A DNA stretch of 64,000 bases, from contig JBKJIR010000005.1 of the NCBI GenBank assembly GCA_046598495.1, positions 15,530 to 79,529 of the forward strand, given 5' to 3'. A program made the position numbers and the translations under genes. The notes beneath the pieces were generated by a model. That model saw nothing but the letters and a program-made list of their open reading frames with translations. It made no database searches and had not been told where the DNA came from. This DNA is from Marmoricola sp. Its GTDB lineage: Bacteria > Actinomycetota > Actinomycetes > Propionibacteriales > Nocardioidaceae. Shown one piece after another: positions 60,145-64,000 of this stretch (position 1 is the first letter of the stretch; each line of letters opens with the position of its first letter).

Positions 60145-60518
60145 CCGTGCGGACCGTGGTCGGGGTCGCGCTCCGGAGCGGCGACCGGGTGCTGGCCGCC
60201 CGTCGTACCGACGGGGGTTGGGAGTTCCCGGGGGGCAAGGTCGAGCCCGGGGAAACGCCCGAGCAGGCCGCGGTCCGGGAGATCGCCGAGGAGCTCGGCT
60301 GCCGGGTCGAGGTCACCGGCTGGCTCGGCCCCGTCGTACCGATCCGGGAGGGGCTGGAACTCCGGGTGGCGATCGGGAGGGTGCTCGAGGGCGAGCCGGT
60401 TCCTCGGCACCAGGAGCACGACGCCCTGCGGTGGCTCCGGCCCGACCAGCTCGCGGAGGTGGCCTGGCTGCCGGCCGACGAGCCGTTCGTGAGAGAACTC
60501 ACCGGAGGACCGTCCTGA
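60141..60518 (+). CDS. MutT-like NUDIX hydrolase
   Basis: WEFPGGKVEPGETPEQAAVREIAEELG Nudix box; WLPAD; GTGA overlap. Confidence 0.9.
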   Translation: MTVRTVVGVALRSGDRVLAARRTDGGWEFPGGKVEPGETPEQAAVREIAEELGCRVEVTGWLGPVVPIREGLELRVAIGRVLEGEPVPRHQEHDALRWLRPDQLAEVAWLPADEPFVRELTGGPS

Positions 60519-60538
60519 GCCGCCACTAGGGTTCAGGC

Positions 60539-61444
60539 ATGACCAAGCACCTCCTGCTCGTGCACGCCCACCCGGACGACGAGAGCATCAACAACGGCGC
60601 CACCATGGCCAAGTACGTCGCGCAGGGGATCGGGGTCACCCTGGTGACCTGCACCGCGGGCGAGATGGGGGAGATCCTCGTCCCCGAGCTGGCACACCTG
60701 GCGCACGACCAGGACGACGCCCTCGCGGACCAGCGCAAGCGCGAGCTGGAGGCGGCGATGGCCGAGCTCGGCGTCACCGACCACCGGTGGCTCGGCGGCT
60801 TCGGCACCTACCGCGACTCCGGGATGAAGTGGCACGAGGACGGGCACGCGGTCGCCGCCGACGACGTGCACGAGAACGCCTTCTGGCACGCCGACCTCAC
60901 CGAGGCCGCCGACCACCTGGTCGCGGTGATCCGCGAGGTGCGCCCGCAGGTGATGGTGACCTACGACCAGTTCGGCAACTACGGCCACCCGGACCACATC
61001 CAGGCCCACCGCGTCGCGACGTACGCCGCGGCGCTCGCGGCGGTGCCGTCGTATCGGACCGAGCTCGGCGAGGCGCACGACATCACCAAGGTCTACTGGG
61101 TCGCGATGTCGGAGAGCTGGATGCGCGAAGGCATCCGTCGGCTTCGGGACGCGGGCGACGAGACCACCTTCGAGGGCATGGACCCGGACGGGCCCCTGCC
61201 GCCGTTCGTGACCTCCGACGACAACCTGGGCTGCGTCGTGGACGGGGTCGCGTTCCACGACCAGAAGATGGCTGCGCTCGGAGCGCACGCAACCCAGATC
61301 ACCTTGGACGGACCGTTCTTCGCGTTGTCGAACAACGTCGGCGCCGAGGCCTGGGGCTACGAGTTCTACCGGATCGCCAAGGGCACCAAGGCAGGCCCTT
61401 TCAACGAGCAAGGTCTCGAGACCGATCTCTTCGCAGGCATCTAG
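60539..61444 (+). CDS. mshB: GlcNAc-Ins deacetylase (mycothiol biosynthesis)
   Basis: HAHPDDES, YRDSGM, YGHPDHIQAH, AHATQI, ETDLFAG. Confidence 0.92.
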   Translation: MTKHLLLVHAHPDDESINNGATMAKYVAQGIGVTLVTCTAGEMGEILVPELAHLAHDQDDALADQRKRELEAAMAELGVTDHRWLGGFGTYRDSGMKWHEDGHAVAADDVHENAFWHADLTEAADHLVAVIREVRPQVMVTYDQFGNYGHPDHIQAHRVATYAAALAAVPSYRTELGEAHDITKVYWVAMSESWMREGIRRLRDAGDETTFEGMDPDGPLPPFVTSDDNLGCVVDGVAFHDQKMAALGAHATQITLDGPFFALSNNVGAEAWGYEFYRIAKGTKAGPFNEQGLETDLFAGI

Positions 61445-61524
61445 GCACACCGCCTCCAGCCGTCTAGACAAAGGTAGTAAAACGAACAAAACGGCATAAA
61501 AGAGGGCGCATCACCTAGAGGGGG

Positions 61525-61870
61525 GTGCCCAAGGTCGAGGACCTGGTCGGGATCACGCCGTCCAACCACGGCACCACCTGGACCGGTCTGGTCACCCTGG
61601 TGCCCGGCTTCGTCTGCCGCTCCTGCCACGAGCAGATGGCCGGCTCGGCGTTCGTGCCCGCGCTCAACGTCGGCGACGAGAGCCCGGGAGCGGTCAGCTA
61701 CACAACGGTGGTCAGCACGAGCGACTACATCCTGGCGCCGTACACCTCCGGGTTCCTGTCCGGGCCGAACACCACCACCGTGCGGATCCAGGACGTCTGT
61801 GCGGCGAACGTCGTCGACCACCTCAAGGCTCCGAAGGATCCGGCTGTCATCCGGGTCGCGGTCAAGCGCT
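61525..61870 (+). pseudogene. Truncated lipase (class 2-like) C-terminal fragment
   Basis: PSNHGT, QMAGSAF, YTTVVS..D...PY, IQDVC...DH; lacks signal peptide and GHSxG nucleophile; frame runs on antisense to GNAT gene. Confidence 0.65.
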
Positions 61871-61950
61871 CGAGACGCGGGGGCCGGCGTCGCCCTTGTT
61901 CCGCCCGCGATGCACGTGGTGACAGGCACGGGCTGACGAGCGCCGGCTGG

Positions 61951-62838
61951 TCAGGCGGGCGCGGCGAGGTAGCGGCAGCCGTGGTGCTCGACCAGGCCAA
62001 GGCGCTCGTAGAAGAAGAGCGCTGCGACGTTGTCCACCTCGACGTGCAGCCACAGGTTCGTCGCGCCGCGCTCGGCCCCGGCGTCGAGCAGGGTCCGGAC
62101 CAGGTCGGAGCCGAGGCCCTGCCGACGCCGCTCCGCGTCGACCGCGAGGTCGTAGAGTCCGAGCCAGTCGCCGTCGACAGCAGCCCGTCCGGTACCGCCG
62201 GGCGCGGTCGCCGTCAGTCGCGGACCGTCGACGGTCAGGGTGCTGGTCGACGTCGGCACCCCCAGCGACGGGCGTGCCCGGGAGAGACCGCCGAGCAGGT
62301 AGAGGGCATCGCCCGGCACCGGCGTCCACCCCAGAGCGACGAACTCCTGCTCGAGGTCGGACTCCGCCTCGACCTGCACCAGCGCAGGGCGGTCCACCGC
62401 TGCGTAGAACTGCTCGATGGCGGCCGCCGCCGTGCCGGTGTCGGTGCCGGGGTCGCCGACAGCCAGGCAGGAGTTGGCGCGTTTACGCAGCCGGCCTTCC
62501 GGGGCCGGCTCGGTGCGCAGTTCCCAGTCGCCGTACGGCTCGCGGAGGACGCCGGGCCAGAACGCAGCCGCATGGCTCTCGGCGTCGCGGACCGCGACCC
62601 GGTGCCGGATGCTCGGCCGCGGCGGCACCGGCTTGCCGGAGACGATGTCGGCCACCGCGATCTGCACCAGGGCGCCGTCCTCGGCGCGGATCGAGGCTGT
62701 GGTCGCGGTCCAGTCTTCGCAGACGCCGAGCAGATCCGTCATCGCCGGACCCCCGCTCGGGCCGGTCTCGCCGCGCAGGATCCGCCGTACGACGACGCGC
62801 TGGCCGACCACGTGCGGACCGAGGCCCGATTTGGTCAC
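61951..62838 (-). CDS. GNAT family acetyltransferase with N-terminal accessory domain
   Basis: VGQRVVVRR, RANSCLAVGDP, RRQGLG, LHVEVDNVAALFFYERLG; start moved to GTG 62838. Confidence 0.85.
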   Translation of the reverse strand: MTKSGLGPHVVGQRVVVRRILRGETGPSGGPAMTDLLGVCEDWTATTASIRAEDGALVQIAVADIVSGKPVPPRPSIRHRVAVRDAESHAAAFWPGVLREPYGDWELRTEPAPEGRLRKRANSCLAVGDPGTDTGTAAAAIEQFYAAVDRPALVQVEAESDLEQEFVALGWTPVPGDALYLLGGLSRARPSLGVPTSTSTLTVDGPRLTATAPGGTGRAAVDGDWLGLYDLAVDAERRRQGLGSDLVRTLLDAGAERGATNLWLHVEVDNVAALFFYERLGLVEHHGCRYLAAPA

Positions 62839-62930
62839 GTGTCGAAATGCGGGTCTGTCGAGAGGACTCACGTTCGGGATACTAGGCTTTGCCCCAGTCC
62901 ACACCGGACTCGTACCTCAGGAGGACCCAG

Positions 62931-63260
62931 GTGACCTACGTCATCGCCCAGCCTTGTGTTGATCTGAAGGACCGCGCCTGCGTCGACGAGTGTCCTGTCG
63001 ACTGCATCTACGAAGGCAAGCGGATGCTCTACATCCACCCCGACGAGTGCGTCGACTGTGGCGCCTGCGAGCCGGTCTGCCCGGTCGAGGCGATCTACTA
63101 CGAAGACGACACCCCGGGCGAGTGGAAGGAGTACTACGACGCGAACGTGCACTTCTTCGACGAGCTGGGCTCCCCGGGCGGTGCCGCGAAGATGGGCGTG
63201 ATCGACAAGGATCACTCGCTGGTGGCTGCGCTGCCGCCGCAGGAGCACGACGAACACTGA
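62931..63260 (+). CDS. fdxA: 7Fe ferredoxin
   Basis: TYVIAQPCVDLKDRACVDECPVDCIYEG...CVDCGACEPVCP; AGGAGG RBS; GTG 62931. Confidence 0.96.
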   Translation: MTYVIAQPCVDLKDRACVDECPVDCIYEGKRMLYIHPDECVDCGACEPVCPVEAIYYEDDTPGEWKEYYDANVHFFDELGSPGGAAKMGVIDKDHSLVAALPPQEHDEH

Positions 63261-64000
63261 GCCTCCCGCTGAGTGTCCCGCTGAACGTCTCGTCGGGTCT
63301 CCCGGATTTCCCCTGGGACCACCTGACGCCGTACGGCGACCAGGCACGCGCGCACCCTGACGGGATCGTCGACCTCTCGGTCGGCACCCCTGTCGACCCC
63401 ACCCCCGAGGTGGTGCAGCGTGCCCTGGTCGCCGCCGCGGACTCTCCCGGTTACCCGACGACCGTCGGGCTGCCGGAGACGCGGCAGGCCTGCCTCGACT
63501 GGCTCGAGCGTCGTTTCGGCGTGACCGGGCCGATCGACGGGTGGGGCCTGGACTCGGTCCTCCCGGTGATCGGTTCCAAGGAGCTGATCGCCTCGCTGCC
63601 GACGCATCTCGGTGTCGGCCCGGGCGACCTGGTCGTCCAGCCCGAGCTCGCCTACCCGACGTACGAGGTGAGTGCGGCGCTGGTCGGTGCGCGGATCCTG
63701 GCGACCGACTCCCTGACCGCTCTTGGGCCGGAGACGCCGAAGATCCTCTGGATCAACTCGCCGTCCAACCCGACCGGCCGGGTGCTGCCGGTCGACCACC
63801 TGCGCAAGGTCGTCGACTGGTGCCGGGAGCGCGGCGTGCTGCTGCTCTCCGACGAGTGCTACCTCGAGCTGTCCTGGGAGCCTGGCGCCCAGCCCGTCTC
63901 GGTCCTGCACCCGGATGTCTGCGGCGGATCGGTCGAAGGCATCCTCGCGGTGCACTCCCTCTCCAAGCGCTCGAACCTGGCCGGCTACCGGTGCGCTTTC
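63257..64000 (+). CDS. dapC: Succinyldiaminopimelate transaminase (partial, runs off window)
   Basis: Own translation: LPDFPWD, DLSVGTPVDP, GSKE, NSPSNPTG, SDECY, SLSKRSNLAGYR; follows fdxA; start codon unclear. Confidence 0.9.
   Translation, partial: MSLPLSVPLNVSSGLPDFPWDHLTPYGDQARAHPDGIVDLSVGTPVDPTPEVVQRALVAAADSPGYPTTVGLPETRQACLDWLERRFGVTGPIDGWGLDSVLPVIGSKELIASLPTHLGVGPGDLVVQPELAYPTYEVSAALVGARILATDSLTALGPETPKILWINSPSNPTGRVLPVDHLRKVVDWCRERGVLLLSDECYLELSWEPGAQPVSVLHPDVCGGSVEGILAVHSLSKRSNLAGYRCAF

Noticed and set aside
61871-62934. Remainder of the 469-aa ORF 61525-62934
   Set aside because: Read-through antisense to the GNAT gene after the lipase fragment

Overview
This is a very GC-rich actinobacterial chromosome segment; gene content and style suggest Nocardioides/Marmoricola-like. 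It follows the conserved actinobacterial backbone fumC...glpX-DUF4245-xseB-xseA-ispH-(sua5)-DUF6542-rmuC...xth...ychF at left and mshB-GNAT-fdxA-dapC at right. Accessory blocks interrupt it: (i) an AT-shifted island with a 1698-aa secreted protein built from hierarchical beta-repeats plus two lipoproteins; (ii) a Doc-type toxin-antitoxin pair bracketed by a duplicated ychF 3' end (att-like, no integrase in the window) and a FitAB/VapBC pair bracketed by a 9-bp direct repeat; (iii) an Lrp-flanked operon (GIFT-like domain fused to DUF6421, SDR, threonine aldolase); (iv) a TetR-flanked sulfotransferase/dehydrogenase/alkylsulfatase/SDR operon inside a lipid/steroid catabolic region (GMC oxidase, CYP125-like P450, F420 LLM, two OYE reductases, thioesterases, one KstR-type operator); (v) modABC. 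No rRNA, tRNA, CRISPR array, integrase or transposase was recognised. All family assignments are by motif recognition, not database search. Several start codons were moved from the ORF track using motif, RBS or -10 evidence.
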